Source of the DNA: an uncultured Syntrophobacteraceae bacterium
Lineage (GTDB): Bacteria; Desulfobacterota; Binatia; UBA9968
Assembly: GCA_964572145.1 (NCBI GenBank)
Contig: CAZNES010000006.1
Span: 22,603 to 86,602 of the forward strand
DNA: 64,000 nt
Reading direction: 5' to 3'
Each line of letters starts with the position of its first letter. Within the stretch, counting starts at the first letter, position 1. A model generated the notes under the pieces. That model ran no database searches, was not told the origin of the DNA, and saw nothing but the letters and a program-made list of their open reading frames with translations. Shown piece by piece: positions 20,601 through 29,974 of this stretch. The position numbers and the translations under genes were made by a program.

Positions 20601-23324
20601 AGACGCGGCGCTGCGTGCGATCTCCTCCGGCGTGCCCTCGGCCACGATCGCGCCGCCGGCGTCGCCACCCTCTGGCCCCAAGTCGATGATGTGATCGGCG
20701 CATTTGACCACGTCCATGTTGTGCTCGATAACGATGATGGAGTGGCCCTGGTCGATCAGCTCGTTGAACGCCCAGAGGAGCTTCTCGATGTCGTGAAAGT
20801 GAAGGCCGGTGGTCGGCTCGTCGAAAATAAAGAGCGTCCCCGACTTGCGCGCCTTCGCCATGTGGGCCGCGAGTTTCAGCCGTTGCGACTCACCGCCGGA
20901 GAGCGTCGTGAGCGGTTGTCCCAGCCGGACGTAGTCCAGGCCGACCGCGCGCAGCGGGCGCAGGCCGTATTCGATTTCCGTCGAGTCTTTGAAAAATTCC
21001 ATCGCCTCGGCGACCGTCATGTCGAGCACGTCGCGGATCGTGCGGCGGCGATAGGCCACCTCTAAAATTTCCTGGCGGTAGCGGCTCCCCTGGCACTCGG
21101 GGCAGGAGGTGTAAACGTCCGAGAGGAACTGCATCTCGACTTTTTCAAAGCCTTCGCCCCGGCAGGTCTCGCATCGGCCTCCTTCGACGTTGAAAGAAAA
21201 AGTCGAAGGAGTGTAGCCCCGGAGGCGGGAAAGATCCGCGGCGGCGAAGAGCTTGCGGATGCCGTCGAAGACTTTCATGTAGGTCGCGGGGTTCGACCGT
21301 GGCGTCGTCCCGACCGGCGATTGATCGACCAAAATGACATCGGAGATCTTGTCCGCGCCTTCCAGGCTCGCGCAGTGCATGACCGTTGCGCCCGGAGAGT
21401 CTTTCAGCTTACGCAAATTGCGGTTTATCACTTCGTTGACCAGGCTCGACTTTCCCGAGCCGGAAACGCCGGTGAGGCAGACAAAAAGGCCCAGCGGAAT
21501 TTCCACGTCGATGGTTTTGAGATTGTTGGCATCCGCGCCGAAAATTTTAATGGTTCGCTGCGGGATCGGCTTGCGCCTCTTCGAAGGAAACGGAATGTTC
21601 TTTCTCTGCGACAGATACGCGGCGGTGAGGGACTTCTGGTCGCTCAAGAGATCGTTGTAAGATCCGGCAAAGACGATCTCGCCGCCGTGCTCGCCGGCCT
21701 TCGGTCCGAGGTCGATGATGTAGTCGCTCTCCTTGATGATCTCCGGATCGTGCTCGACCACGACCACGGTGTTTTGGTTGGCGCGGAGATCGTGAAGAAT
21801 TTCGACCAGCCGCCGGCTATCGCGTGGGTGCAGGCCGATCGACGGCTCGTCGAGGACGTAGAGCGTGTTCACCAGCGACGAGCCGATCGCGGTGGTGAGA
21901 TCGACGCGCCCGAGCTCGCCGCCAGAGAGCGTGCGCGACTGCCGGTCCAAGGTCAGATATTCGAGGCCGACGCCCATGAGATAACCGAGCCGGCGCCGGA
22001 TCTCGTCGAGAATCAGCGCTGCAACCGCGTCGCTCTCAGCGCCGAGATGAAGATCATTGAAGAAGCAATGCGCCTCGCCCACGCTCATCGCGGCGATATC
22101 GGCGACGGTTTTTTCGTCGACGCGGAAATTGAGCGCGTCGGGTTTCAGCCGCGACCCCCGGCATTCCGGGCAGAGTAGATAGGCGCGGTAGCGCGAGAGA
22201 AAGACGCGCACATGCATGCGGTAGCTCTTCCGCTCCAGCCGCTGGAACCAGCCGCGGATGCCTTTAAACTTGCCGTCGCCGTCGACGATCAGTTTCTTCT
22301 GCTTCTCGCTCAGCTCGCCGTAAGGCTTCTTGGTCGGAATCTTTTTGCTTTCGCAAAATTCCATCAGTCGCGCCGTCCGCCGCGGCTTGGTCTTCCACGG
22401 CTTGATCGCGCCGTCGGCGAGCGACTTCGTCGGATCGGGGATCACGAGATCCAAATCGATGTCGATCACTCGCCCAAAACCGCGGCAGATTTCGCACGCG
22501 CCCAACGGGCTGTTGAACGAGAACAGATTCGGCGTGGGCTCGTGGTAGGTCAAATCGCAATGCGGACAATGGAAGTGGCTGCTGAAGGGCTCCACACGCC
22601 AGCCGTCTTCCGGGTAGTAAAAGTTTACCCTTCCCTTGCCGAACTGAAGCGCTTGTTCGAGCGAGTCGCAAATTCTCTTTCTGGCGTCTGGCCGGTAAAT
22701 CAACCGGTCCACGACAACTTCGATTCGCTCCGTCCCGGCGGGGAGATCTTCGATCTCTTCCAGATTGCAGACGGCGCGGTCGCGCAAAAGACGATGGAAG
22801 CCCGCTTGCTGCAACCCCGCCTTAGTCTCGCTCCAGGGAAGCGAGGGAGAAATCGAAAGCGGAAAAGCCAGAACCAGAGGCGTCCCTTCGGGCATGCCGC
22901 TCAATTTCTTGAATATCGATTGGGCCGTGTCCCGCTCCACCACCCGCCCGCAGCCTTTGCAATAAAGGACCGAGACCTTGGCGAAGAGGAGCTTCAGATG
23001 ATCGTGCAGCTCGGTCATGGTGCCGACCGTCGAGCGCGAGGTCTTGACCGGCCGCCGCTGGTCGATCGCGATCGTCGGCGGAATGCCTTCGATGCTTTCC
23101 ACGTCGGGCTTGTCCATGCGGTCGAGGAACTGGCGCGCGTAGGCGGAAAAACTTTCCACGTAGCGCCGCTGCCCCTCGGCGTAAAGGATGTCGAAAGCGA
23201 GAGTGGATTTGCCCGAGCCGCTGACTCCGGTGACGACGGTCAGGGCGCCCAGCGGAATGTCGAGGTCGAAGTTTTTAAGATTGTTCTGCTTTGCGCCGCG
23301 GATGCGGATCCAACCTTCATTCAT
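17661..23324 (-). CDS. uvrA: giant tandem UvrA-UvrA fusion protein (1887 aa; four ABC ATPase modules)
   Basis: Two complete UvrA units in one ORF: first begins [44 protein letters not shown], second begins ~aa 950 [39 protein letters not shown]; the second unit carries the canonical UvrB-binding signature [13 protein letters not shown] and an insertion domain; the first unit has an insertion domain but a divergent region instead of the UvrB-binding signature. Confidence 0.9.
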   Translation of the reverse strand: MNEGWIRIRGAKQNNLKNFDLDIPLGALTVVTGVSGSGKSTLAFDILYAEGQRRYVESFSAYARQFLDRMDKPDVESIEGIPPTIAIDQRRPVKTSRSTVGTMTELHDHLKLLFAKVSVLYCKGCGRVVERDTAQSIFKKLSGMPEGTPLVLAFPLSISPSLPWSETKAGLQQAGFHRLLRDRAVCNLEEIEDLPAGTERIEVVVDRLIYRPDARKRICDSLEQALQFGKGRVNFYYPEDGWRVEPFSSHFHCPHCDLTYHEPTPNLFSFNSPLGACEICRGFGRVIDIDLDLVIPDPTKSLADGAIKPWKTKPRRTARLMEFCESKKIPTKKPYGELSEKQKKLIVDGDGKFKGIRGWFQRLERKSYRMHVRVFLSRYRAYLLCPECRGSRLKPDALNFRVDEKTVADIAAMSVGEAHCFFNDLHLGAESDAVAALILDEIRRRLGYLMGVGLEYLTLDRQSRTLSGGELGRVDLTTAIGSSLVNTLYVLDEPSIGLHPRDSRRLVEILHDLRANQNTVVVVEHDPEIIKESDYIIDLGPKAGEHGGEIVFAGSYNDLLSDQKSLTAAYLSQRKNIPFPSKRRKPIPQRTIKIFGADANNLKTIDVEIPLGLFVCLTGVSGSGKSSLVNEVINRNLRKLKDSPGATVMHCASLEGADKISDVILVDQSPVGTTPRSNPATYMKVFDGIRKLFAAADLSRLRGYTPSTFSFNVEGGRCETCRGEGFEKVEMQFLSDVYTSCPECQGSRYRQEILEVAYRRRTIRDVLDMTVAEAMEFFKDSTEIEYGLRPLRAVGLDYVRLGQPLTTLSGGESQRLKLAAHMAKARKSGTLFIFDEPTTGLHFHDIEKLLWAFNELIDQGHSIIVIEHNMDVVKCADHIIDLGPEGGDAGGAIVAEGTPEEIARSAASHTGRYLKPYLKRGAVSQFAPRLEKSFRVAESNGAGNGNHAIQIVGAKEHNLKNISLEIPRDRFVVITGLSGSGKSSLAFDIIYAEGQRRYIDSLSTYARQFLNIMDRPNVDLLSGIPPTVAIEQRLSQGGRNSTVATVTEIYHYLRLLYSKVGKQHCVKCEREIRSLTKSQILDRISRVHRGKEIAVLSPIVRGRKGFHKEVITGALKLGYRRARIDGQVVDLRSPKLAAGLERYREHDIDILIGQAKAGGREVEAMVEQGLRLGNGVVHLVTRSGEHIYNQRLFCLHCGIGYETLDPRLFSFNSRQGACAECSGVGFSLEFDPELIIGNQRRPLEEIVSSLSSGATAGAGPIRGRLERILRDLKKDRVNVKAPFSRLSKKIRDRVVHGGDSGFVGLIPYLKGLWDGSENGLADWLSQFMAESSCASCHGRRLNRRAQAVKVNGQAIWQVTGLSVKEAQRYFHGLDLSQHDNGGTDRDRAVMEKVLREIQQRLEFLGEVGLPYLTLDRRADTLSGGEAQRIRLAAQLGSNLRGVCYILDEPTIGLHPRDNAMLLGTLKKLKNAGNSVLVVEHDEATIEAADIIVDLGPGAGVHGGNVVAIGTPEEIRRNPTSLTGNFLNAPKKRIWPLRLFAGSTWLTVHGAKANNLKNVDVKLPLGAWSCVTGISGSGKSTLVKEVLYKGLKSKLGQFAGRPGQHKDIAGWQALERIVEVDQSPIGKTPRSIPASYVGFLDEIRRMFALTPEARLRGYAPNRFSFNVSGGRCEVCAGQGKIRKEMSFLPDVFLHCDACGGMRFNEETLNIRYNGKNIGDVLRMTVEEAVPFFHAFPKIARPLKILDDIGMSYITLGQASNTLSGGEAQRIKLAYELGKESHGKTLYVLDEPTTGLHFADVEKLIHILHRLVDMGNTVVTIEHNLEIIKEADYLVDLGPEGGENGGHVIACGAPLDVINDGKRSHTARYLREYLKGNSAKQVQPQAVTV

Positions 23325-23332
23325 GGAATGGC

Positions 23333-23659
23333 CTATTGTAGTTGATACCTTTCGACCACAATGCGGCGGAAGCGGGAGCCGTAGATCAAATCGAAAGTCT
23401 CGCCTTTGTCGGGAAAAAGCTCGAGGGCTTTTTCCCGCGCGTCGGCGACGAGCTTCTGAGCTTGGGCGAGGGTCAGGTCGGCTTGCCGGAGGAGCGCGGC
23501 GGTAAAATCCATCAGGGTGCGGAGCCGTTTCAGCCTTAATTCCTCGGCGCGTACTGCTTCGTCATCCGGGATCATCGTACAACCTTTTACTTGTATCACA
23601 GGTCGCAAGTGAGTCAAGGCAAAATGATTGCGGTGAGTCCTTTCGGAGAGATCCTTCAC
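23333..23659 (-). CDS. small hypothetical protein (80-108 aa) ending ~6 bp before the giant uvrA start
   Basis: ORF ..MIPDDEAVRAEELRLKRLRTLMDFTAALLRQADLTLAQAQKLVADAREKALELFPDKGETFDLIYGSRFRRIVVERYQLQ; predicted coiled/helical; position suggests co-transcription. Confidence 0.45.
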   Translation of the reverse strand: MKDLSERTHRNHFALTHLRPVIQVKGCTMIPDDEAVRAEELRLKRLRTLMDFTAALLRQADLTLAQAQKLVADAREKALELFPDKGETFDLIYGSRFRRIVVERYQLQ

Positions 23660-23782
23660 TTCGTTCAGGATGACAATTTCCCACGAATGTCACTCTGAGC
23701 GTAGCGAAGAATCTCCGTTCAGGTCACGCGTTGGGTCGCGAGTCGGTTCGATTCTCCTCCGCCGCTTTGCTAAGCTGGAGCT

Positions 23783-24457
23783 ATGCGGATCGCCGAGATC
23801 TTTTACTCGATCCAGGGCGAAGGAAGACTTGTAGGAATCCCGTCGGTTTTTATCCGGACTTCCGGGTGCAATCTGCGCTGCGTATGGTGCGACACGCCCT
23901 ACACGTCGTGGGAGCCCGAAGGAGAAGAGCGAAGCGTCGATGAGATATTGGCGGCGGCCAAACGATACCCGGCAAAGCACGCCGTCGTTACCGGCGGCGA
24001 GCCGCTGCTCGCGTATGAAATCGAAGAGCTGACGAAGCAACTCAAGCGCGAAGGCTTTCACATCACGATCGAGACCGCCGCGACCATTTTTAAGCCGGTT
24101 TCGTCCGATCTGATGTCGCTAAGCCCGAAACTTGCCAACTCCACGCCGGAAGGCGCGTTTGCGCGGATGCACGTGGAGCACCGGCTCAACGTGCCTGTCA
24201 TCCAACAATTCATCAACGGCTACGAGTATCAGCTCAAATTCGTTGCGGACAAGAAAGCGGATTTAGTCGAGATCGAAGATATTTTATCGAAGCTAAAAAA
24301 CGTCGATCGTACCCGTGTCCTTATTATGCCGCAGGGAAGAACGAGGGAAGAGTTACATGAGCGCTCGCCATGGATCGTCGAGCTATGCAAAGAGCACGGA
24401 TTTTCATACACCCCGCGGCTGCAGATCGAACTCTGGGGAAGCCGGCGGGGGGTTTAA
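23783..24457 (+). CDS. queE: 7-carboxy-7-deazaguanine synthase (radical SAM)
   Basis: MRIAEIFYSIQGEGRLVGIPSVFIRTSGCNLRCVWCDTPYTSW..VVTGGEPL. Confidence 0.9.
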   Translation: MRIAEIFYSIQGEGRLVGIPSVFIRTSGCNLRCVWCDTPYTSWEPEGEERSVDEILAAAKRYPAKHAVVTGGEPLLAYEIEELTKQLKREGFHITIETAATIFKPVSSDLMSLSPKLANSTPEGAFARMHVEHRLNVPVIQQFINGYEYQLKFVADKKADLVEIEDILSKLKNVDRTRVLIMPQGRTREELHERSPWIVELCKEHGFSYTPRLQIELWGSRRGV

Positions 24458-24499
24458 GCTTCCGGCCTTACGTCCGGGAAAATGCTTATTGCGGGGATC

Positions 24500-24856
24500 T
24501 CAGGTCGATATGTTCAGGCTGGTTGCCGCACGTCGAAGCGAGAAATCCAACGTCCATAATTCACAGCCGACGATTCGGGCCGAAGTGAGCAGGTGCGCGT
24601 CGATCCAACCAAGGCCCCGACCGTAGAGACGTTTCTCGTTCAACAAGTGAAGCACTTCGTGATGCTCTGCAAGTTGAGCTGCAGGAAGAGCGGCTAGAAG
24701 GTTCAAGATCTCCTCGCGATTGCGCAGGTTGCCGCAGGCAAGCTCTCCAATAATAAAGGGATGACACACGACCTGCTCGTTCTCGAGCAACGAATATAAG
24801 CGAGGATTGCCGGCACGGAGATGGTCGATCCAAACAGAGGTGTCTACCAAGATCAT
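24500..24856 (-). CDS. vapC: type II toxin VapC (PIN domain)
   Basis: MILVDTSVWIDHLR..; PIN acidic residues; 4-bp overlap with the upstream antitoxin. Confidence 0.85.
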   Translation of the reverse strand: MILVDTSVWIDHLRAGNPRLYSLLENEQVVCHPFIIGELACGNLRNREEILNLLAALPAAQLAEHHEVLHLLNEKRLYGRGLGWIDAHLLTSARIVGCELWTLDFSLRRAATSLNIST

Positions 24857-25059
24857 GTGCGGTGATTCGAACGCCGCCTAGGAACATTAAGAAGCTGCTT
24901 TTCACTGCCTCCTAACTTTGCCAGCCTCTGAGCGCTCTCTTTTGCGATGAGGGTCTCAAGACCTAAACGAACCAGCGACGTTTTTTCTTTTACGCCGGTC
25001 AGTTTGGCTGCGCGATGTAGAAGCGTGTCATCGATATTGAGTGTAGTTCTCATATGCAT
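24853..25059 (-). CDS. vapB: type II antitoxin VapB-like
   Basis: 68 aa MRTTLNIDDTLLHRAAKLTGVKEKTSLVRLGLETLI.. typical antitoxin N-terminus. Confidence 0.75.
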   Translation of the reverse strand: MHMRTTLNIDDTLLHRAAKLTGVKEKTSLVRLGLETLIAKESAQRLAKLGGSEKQLLNVPRRRSNHRT

Positions 25060-25105
25060 GAAGATGCGTTATAAATGCATACAAGTCAAGAGTAGCCGGT
25101 TCGAT

Positions 25106-25897
25106 TTATCGTGTCGAAAATTCGCTTCGCTCCAGTACAAATATCCGGTAATTCAAGTCAAACACGATCCGGCCGTCGATCAGCCGCACGTTTTGGCCGC
25201 TCTTGTCGCCGTGGATTGACTCCACCAAAAGGCGGCGGATCTTTCGTTTTACGCCCGGGGGCGTCTGCGTCAGCGCCATCCAGTCCTCGGCGTTACGCGG
25301 CTGAACCAGCCGCTTTTCTTTCACCACCCGGAGTCCCACGTTCCTAAAAAATCTGCGCCACTTTTGAAGCGGCAGCATTTCGACGTGCGACGGGTCGCGC
25401 ATCTTTTCAATCCTGTTTTGCAATCGGCTCTTCTCCGGGTCGTTCTTCGACGTGTTGTCGGAAATCAGAATTCTCCCGTTCAGTTTGATCACGCGAGCCA
25501 TCTCTTTCAGCACGCGCTCGGGCTCAGGGAAGTGGTGGAAGGCAGCGCGCGTTACGACCAGATCAAAGCTCCCGTTCGGAAAGGGAAGACGGTTCACGTC
25601 CGCCCGGCGGAACGTCACGTTCTGCAAACCTTCCGTCTGCGCCAGCCCGCGCGCTTTCTTGAGCATCTCCGCCGTCAGATCGACGCCGACGACTTCGCGG
25701 GCGTGCCTGGCGAATTCCAACGCCACAAAGCCCGGACCGCAGGCGAGATCGAGAACGCGATCGTTCGGCTTGACGCCCGCCAGCGGCGGCAGAATTTCCA
25801 GGCCGCCTTTTTGCCGCATCGATTGGGATTTGGCAAATTGCTCGGCCTGCTTGGTAAATTCCCGTTGAATGACTTTCTCAAACGGTTTTGCACGCAT
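25106..25897 (-). CDS. class I SAM-dependent methyltransferase (type 11)
   Basis: Motif I VLDLACGPGFVALEFA; ..VVTRAAFHHFPEPE.. Confidence 0.8.
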   Translation of the reverse strand: MRAKPFEKVIQREFTKQAEQFAKSQSMRQKGGLEILPPLAGVKPNDRVLDLACGPGFVALEFARHAREVVGVDLTAEMLKKARGLAQTEGLQNVTFRRADVNRLPFPNGSFDLVVTRAAFHHFPEPERVLKEMARVIKLNGRILISDNTSKNDPEKSRLQNRIEKMRDPSHVEMLPLQKWRRFFRNVGLRVVKEKRLVQPRNAEDWMALTQTPPGVKRKIRRLLVESIHGDKSGQNVRLIDGRIVFDLNYRIFVLERSEFSTR

Positions 25898-26046
25898 GGC
25901 AGCGACATTAAAAGCACAGATCGGGAGCGTTGGAAAACACTCTTTCGAGAGTCAACGGCGATATTGACAGAGTTGTGCGACTGATTTAGAACCTGTTCAC
26001 GTCAAGACGCGTCGAACTTGGGCGTGTCGGGAAAAGGAGTCGGCTT

Positions 26047-26511
26047 ATGGCCAAAATGTCACTGAAGGTGAACGGTAAGGCGCATGTCGTGGATACCGAT
26101 CCGGACACTCCGCTGCTCTACGTCCTGCGCGACGATCTCAAACTGAACGGACCCAAATTCGGCTGCGGCCTGTCGCAATGCGGCGCGTGCACCGTGATCA
26201 TGGACGGCAAAGCGATTCGCTCATGTGAGACAGCGGTCAAGAGCGCAACCAATCGCCCGGTAACAACCCTGGAGGGGTTGGGGTCGGTCAAGAAGATGCA
26301 TCCCATCCAGAAAGCCTTTCTCGACGAGCAGGCAGTCCAGTGCGGTTACTGTATCAATGGCATGATCATGACGACCAGGGCGCTGCTCGACACGAATCCG
26401 AAACCGACCGACAGCCAGATCAAAGAAGCGCTGGCCGGCAACCTCTGCCGCTGCGGCACGCACACGCGCATCCTGCGCGCGGTCAAGCGCGCGTCGGGCC
26501 AGAGGGTATGA
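26047..26511 (+). CDS. (2Fe-2S)-binding small subunit of a molybdenum hydroxylase (IorA/CoxS-like)
   Basis: ..FGCGLSQCGACTVIMDGK..CGYCINGMIMT..NLCRCGTH. Confidence 0.9.
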   Translation: MAKMSLKVNGKAHVVDTDPDTPLLYVLRDDLKLNGPKFGCGLSQCGACTVIMDGKAIRSCETAVKSATNRPVTTLEGLGSVKKMHPIQKAFLDEQAVQCGYCINGMIMTTRALLDTNPKPTDSQIKEALAGNLCRCGTHTRILRAVKRASGQRV

Positions 26512-26527
26512 GGAAGGAGCAAAAAAA

Positions 26528-28807
26528 ATGAAGACCATGGAAGTTTCCCGCAGACAATTTCTCAAAGGCGCCGGCGCGCTCATCGTCAGCTTCAACCTCT
26601 TTCCGGCGGCGCGAAATGTCTTGGCCGCCCAGTTCGCGACGTTGCCTTCCGGCGACATCGATCCACAGTCGCTCGATTCCTGGCTCGCGATCGGCAAGGA
26701 CGGCAGCGTCACGTTCTACACCAGCAAAGTCGAGCTCGGCACAGGCACGATCACGGCATTGGCGCAGATCGTCGCGGAAGAATTAGATGTGTCTTTCGAC
26801 CGCGTCAAAATGGTTTACGGCGACACTTCTCAAACAATCGAGCAAGGCTCCACCGTCGGGAGCCGCAGCATCGAGCGCGCCGGCCCGCAGGTGAGACAGG
26901 CCGCGGCGGCGGCGCGCCAGGAGCTGCTCAAGCTCGCCGCCGCGCGGCTCGGCGCGCCTGTCGAGAAACTAACGGTCCAAAACGGCGTGGTCAGCGATGG
27001 CGCAAAGAAAGTTTCTTACGGCCAACTGATCGGCGGCCAGCGCTTCAACGTCAAGATCACCGCCACCGGCGCCGGCAACGAGATGAAGGTCGCGCCCGAA
27101 GTGAAGCCGAAAGATCCAAAGGATTATAAAATCGTCGGCCAGCCGATGAAACGCATGGACTTGCCCGGCAAGCTTACGGGAGAACACCTCTACGCGCACG
27201 ACGTGCGCATTCCCGGGATGCTGCACGGCCGCGTGGTCCGTCCGCCGGTCGTCAATACCGAGCCGACCAGCATTGACGAGAGCTCAGTTAAAAATATTCC
27301 CGGCTTCGTGAAGGTCGTGCGCGAGGGAAGCTTTGTCGGCGTCGTAGCCAAGACGCAGTGGGCCGCGATCAAATCCGTCGAAGCGCTGAAGGTCACCTGG
27401 GCCCCTCCCACGACGAAGCTGCCGGCGAACCCAGAGGCGTTATTCACTTACTTGAAAAACACCAAGCCCGCGCGCACGCTGAAGGCAGTGGAGAAAGGGA
27501 ATCCGGCAGAAGCCTTCGACAAGGCCAAAAAGACCTATCAGGCGAGCTACCGCTGGCCTTTTCAGATGCACGGCATGATCGGCCCGTCGTGCGCCATCGC
27601 CGACGTCAAGGGCGACAAGGCAACCATCTGGTCGGGACCGCAGGGGCCGTTCAGAACGCGCGCGACGGTCGCGACGATTTTAAAAATTCCCGAGCAGAAC
27701 GTGCGTGTGATTTACCACGAAGCTTCCGGTTCCTACGGGCGCATGAGCACCGACGACGGCGCCGAAGACGCGGCGCTGCTTTCGCGCGCGGCCGGCGCCC
27801 CGGTGCGCGTCCAGTGGTCACGCCAGGACGAACATGGCTGGGAACCCAAAGGTCCGGCGCAGGTGGACGAGGTGAAGGCGGCGATCGACGGCGACGGCAA
27901 GCTCATCGCGTGGGATTTCGTCGATTATGGCCAACCGTGGACGGCTTCAGGATCGACGCCGCTCCTCGCTTCGCTGCAGGTCGGCATCAAGCCCAATAAT
28001 CCCGGCGGTTCCAACGGCACGCAGAGCAGTGGCGAGATTTACGCGGTGCCCAATCAAAAGATCGTTGCCGAACATATCAATTGGCACTTTGCGGAACCGA
28101 TTCCGTTGCGCACGGGCAATCTGCGCGCGCCCGGCGACTCGGCGCGCTGCTTCGCGAGCGAGTGTTTCCTCGACGAGATCGCGGCCGATCTGGGCGTCGA
28201 TCCGGTCGAATTTCGCCTGCGCCACACGGCGGAGCCGCGCGGCGCGGACTGTCTCAAGGCCGCCGCCGACAAGGCGCAATGGCAAAAGCGTTCGTCGCCC
28301 GGTCCCGCTCAGAGCGGGAACATCGCCAAGGGTCGCGGTGTCGCGCTCGCGCGCAGAGCGGGCGCTTACGCCGCGGCGGTGGCCGACGTGGAAGTGAACC
28401 GAACGACGGGCCAGGTCGTCGTCAAGCGCGTCGTCTGTTCGCACGACTGCGGACTGATTGTGAATCCCGACGGCGTCAACAATCAGATCGAAGGCAACGT
28501 GATCCAAGGCGTCAGCCGCGCGCTGTTCGAGGAAGTCACCTTCGATGAGAAAGGCGTGACCAGCCTGGATTGGAAGACGTATCCGATTCTTAAATTCAGC
28601 GACGTGCCGGAAATTGAAATCGTGCTCATCAACCGGCCCGAGATGCCGTCGCTGGGCGCCGGCGAGCCGTCGACGGTCCCCGTTCCGGCCGCGATCGCCA
28701 ACGCGATCTTCGACGCGACCGGCGCGCGGCTGCGCGAAGCGCCGTTCACGCCGGCGCGGGTTTTGACCGCGCTTAAAGCTGCGCCAGCTGCGAATCAGAA
28801 GAGTTGA
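26528..28807 (+). CDS. molybdopterin-dependent oxidoreductase large subunit (isoquinoline 1-oxidoreductase beta / aldehyde dehydrogenase-like) with Tat signal
   Basis: N-term MKTMEVSRRQFLKGAGALIVSF twin-arginine motif; 759 aa MoCo-binding domains. Confidence 0.85.
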   Translation: MKTMEVSRRQFLKGAGALIVSFNLFPAARNVLAAQFATLPSGDIDPQSLDSWLAIGKDGSVTFYTSKVELGTGTITALAQIVAEELDVSFDRVKMVYGDTSQTIEQGSTVGSRSIERAGPQVRQAAAAARQELLKLAAARLGAPVEKLTVQNGVVSDGAKKVSYGQLIGGQRFNVKITATGAGNEMKVAPEVKPKDPKDYKIVGQPMKRMDLPGKLTGEHLYAHDVRIPGMLHGRVVRPPVVNTEPTSIDESSVKNIPGFVKVVREGSFVGVVAKTQWAAIKSVEALKVTWAPPTTKLPANPEALFTYLKNTKPARTLKAVEKGNPAEAFDKAKKTYQASYRWPFQMHGMIGPSCAIADVKGDKATIWSGPQGPFRTRATVATILKIPEQNVRVIYHEASGSYGRMSTDDGAEDAALLSRAAGAPVRVQWSRQDEHGWEPKGPAQVDEVKAAIDGDGKLIAWDFVDYGQPWTASGSTPLLASLQVGIKPNNPGGSNGTQSSGEIYAVPNQKIVAEHINWHFAEPIPLRTGNLRAPGDSARCFASECFLDEIAADLGVDPVEFRLRHTAEPRGADCLKAAADKAQWQKRSSPGPAQSGNIAKGRGVALARRAGAYAAAVADVEVNRTTGQVVVKRVVCSHDCGLIVNPDGVNNQIEGNVIQGVSRALFEEVTFDEKGVTSLDWKTYPILKFSDVPEIEIVLINRPEMPSLGAGEPSTVPVPAAIANAIFDATGARLREAPFTPARVLTALKAAPAANQKS

Positions 28808-28948
28808 CTCAGTTAGGCCTCAAAGATTCCGGTGTCTCCTCGTCTCCCACCTCCGGAGCAACGCGGAGACGCGCTCGCGATCGCGGACTATTTGAAAACA
28901 GTTCGGCCGGTGTAGAATAAGATCGAATAGTTTTGAAAAGGGGGTCTC

Positions 28949-29968
28949 ATGGGTAGCGGATTTCGCATCATCGACGGCGACGGGCATCTGCTGGATAGTC
29001 CGGATCTCGTATATCGACGCTACTTGCCGGAACCGTATCGCAGCCGGACGGGCTCTTTTTTTCTTCAATTCGGCTGGGATATCCGCATGGGCGGTACCCT
29101 GGGCAAACTCGACGCCGATCCCGACGCCTATCGCCGCGACATGGACGCGGAGAAAATCGAGCTGATGATCGCATACCCGAGCCCGGCCCTTTCTATCGGC
29201 CTTGTCCGAGAGTTCGATTTGGCCGCGGCTCTGGCGCGCGCCTACAACGATTGGGCGCGGGATTTCGGTCGAGCCGTGGACGGGCGGATCAAAGCGGCGG
29301 CTGTGATCGCTCCTCAGGCCGTCTCGGATGCGGTCGGTGAAATCCGCCGCGCGGTCGCCCGGCTGGGCGCCGTCGCGGTCATGATGCCGACGTACGTGAG
29401 TCCCGGTTTGGATCTCGGTCAGCCCGAGTTCGATCCGATCTACGCCGAGGCCGAGGAGCTCGGGGTCCCGGTGGCGTTTCACGCAACGGCGCAGGTTTCC
29501 CAGGGAGCCGTGCGCTTTCACAAATATCTCGGCGTTCACATGGTCTCGCATCCGTTCGAACAGATGATCTCGATCATCTCGATCATTTCAAACGGCGTGC
29601 TCGACCGTTTTCCCAGGCTCAAGGTTGCATTCCTCGAGGCCGGCGTCGGATGGGTGCCCTATTGGATGGACCGCTTCGACGAAAAGTATCACAAGCGCAG
29701 GGCCGAGATGGCGCCGCTCAAAATGCTGCCGAGCGAATACATTAGGGACCACCGCTGTTTTTTCACCTGTGAAGGAGAAGAATCGGCGCTGCCTTTTATG
29801 ATCGAGCGCTTCGGCGATGACTGCATTCTCTACGCCTCGGACTATCCTCATTGGGACACCGACTGGCCCGACAGCGCTCGGAAGATCCTCGATCGCAAGG
29901 ACATCGCCGAGAAAAGCAAGGAAAAAATTCTCGGTCTGAACGCCCTATCGTTCTACCGCTTGGAGTGA
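28949..29968 (+). CDS. amidohydrolase-2 family (TIM-barrel metal-dependent hydrolase/decarboxylase)
   Basis: MGSGFRIIDGDGHLLDSP..; ..YASDYPHWD.. metal-ligand motif. Confidence 0.8.
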   Translation: MGSGFRIIDGDGHLLDSPDLVYRRYLPEPYRSRTGSFFLQFGWDIRMGGTLGKLDADPDAYRRDMDAEKIELMIAYPSPALSIGLVREFDLAAALARAYNDWARDFGRAVDGRIKAAAVIAPQAVSDAVGEIRRAVARLGAVAVMMPTYVSPGLDLGQPEFDPIYAEAEELGVPVAFHATAQVSQGAVRFHKYLGVHMVSHPFEQMISIISIISNGVLDRFPRLKVAFLEAGVGWVPYWMDRFDEKYHKRRAEMAPLKMLPSEYIRDHRCFFTCEGEESALPFMIERFGDDCILYASDYPHWDTDWPDSARKILDRKDIAEKSKEKILGLNALSFYRLE

Positions 29969-29974
29969 GGCGCG

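Noticed and set aside
23735-23775. tRNA-like T-arm-looking string CGGTTCGATTCTCC near the queE promoter
   Set aside because: I could not build a cloverleaf. No complementary T-stem, acceptor stem or D-arm is present. It is considered a chance match.
28840-28885. Hairpin CGTCTCC-N13-GGAGACG upstream of the amidohydrolase gene as a terminator
   Set aside because: There is no downstream T-tract. It may be a weak structure or operator, but evidence is insufficient to call.
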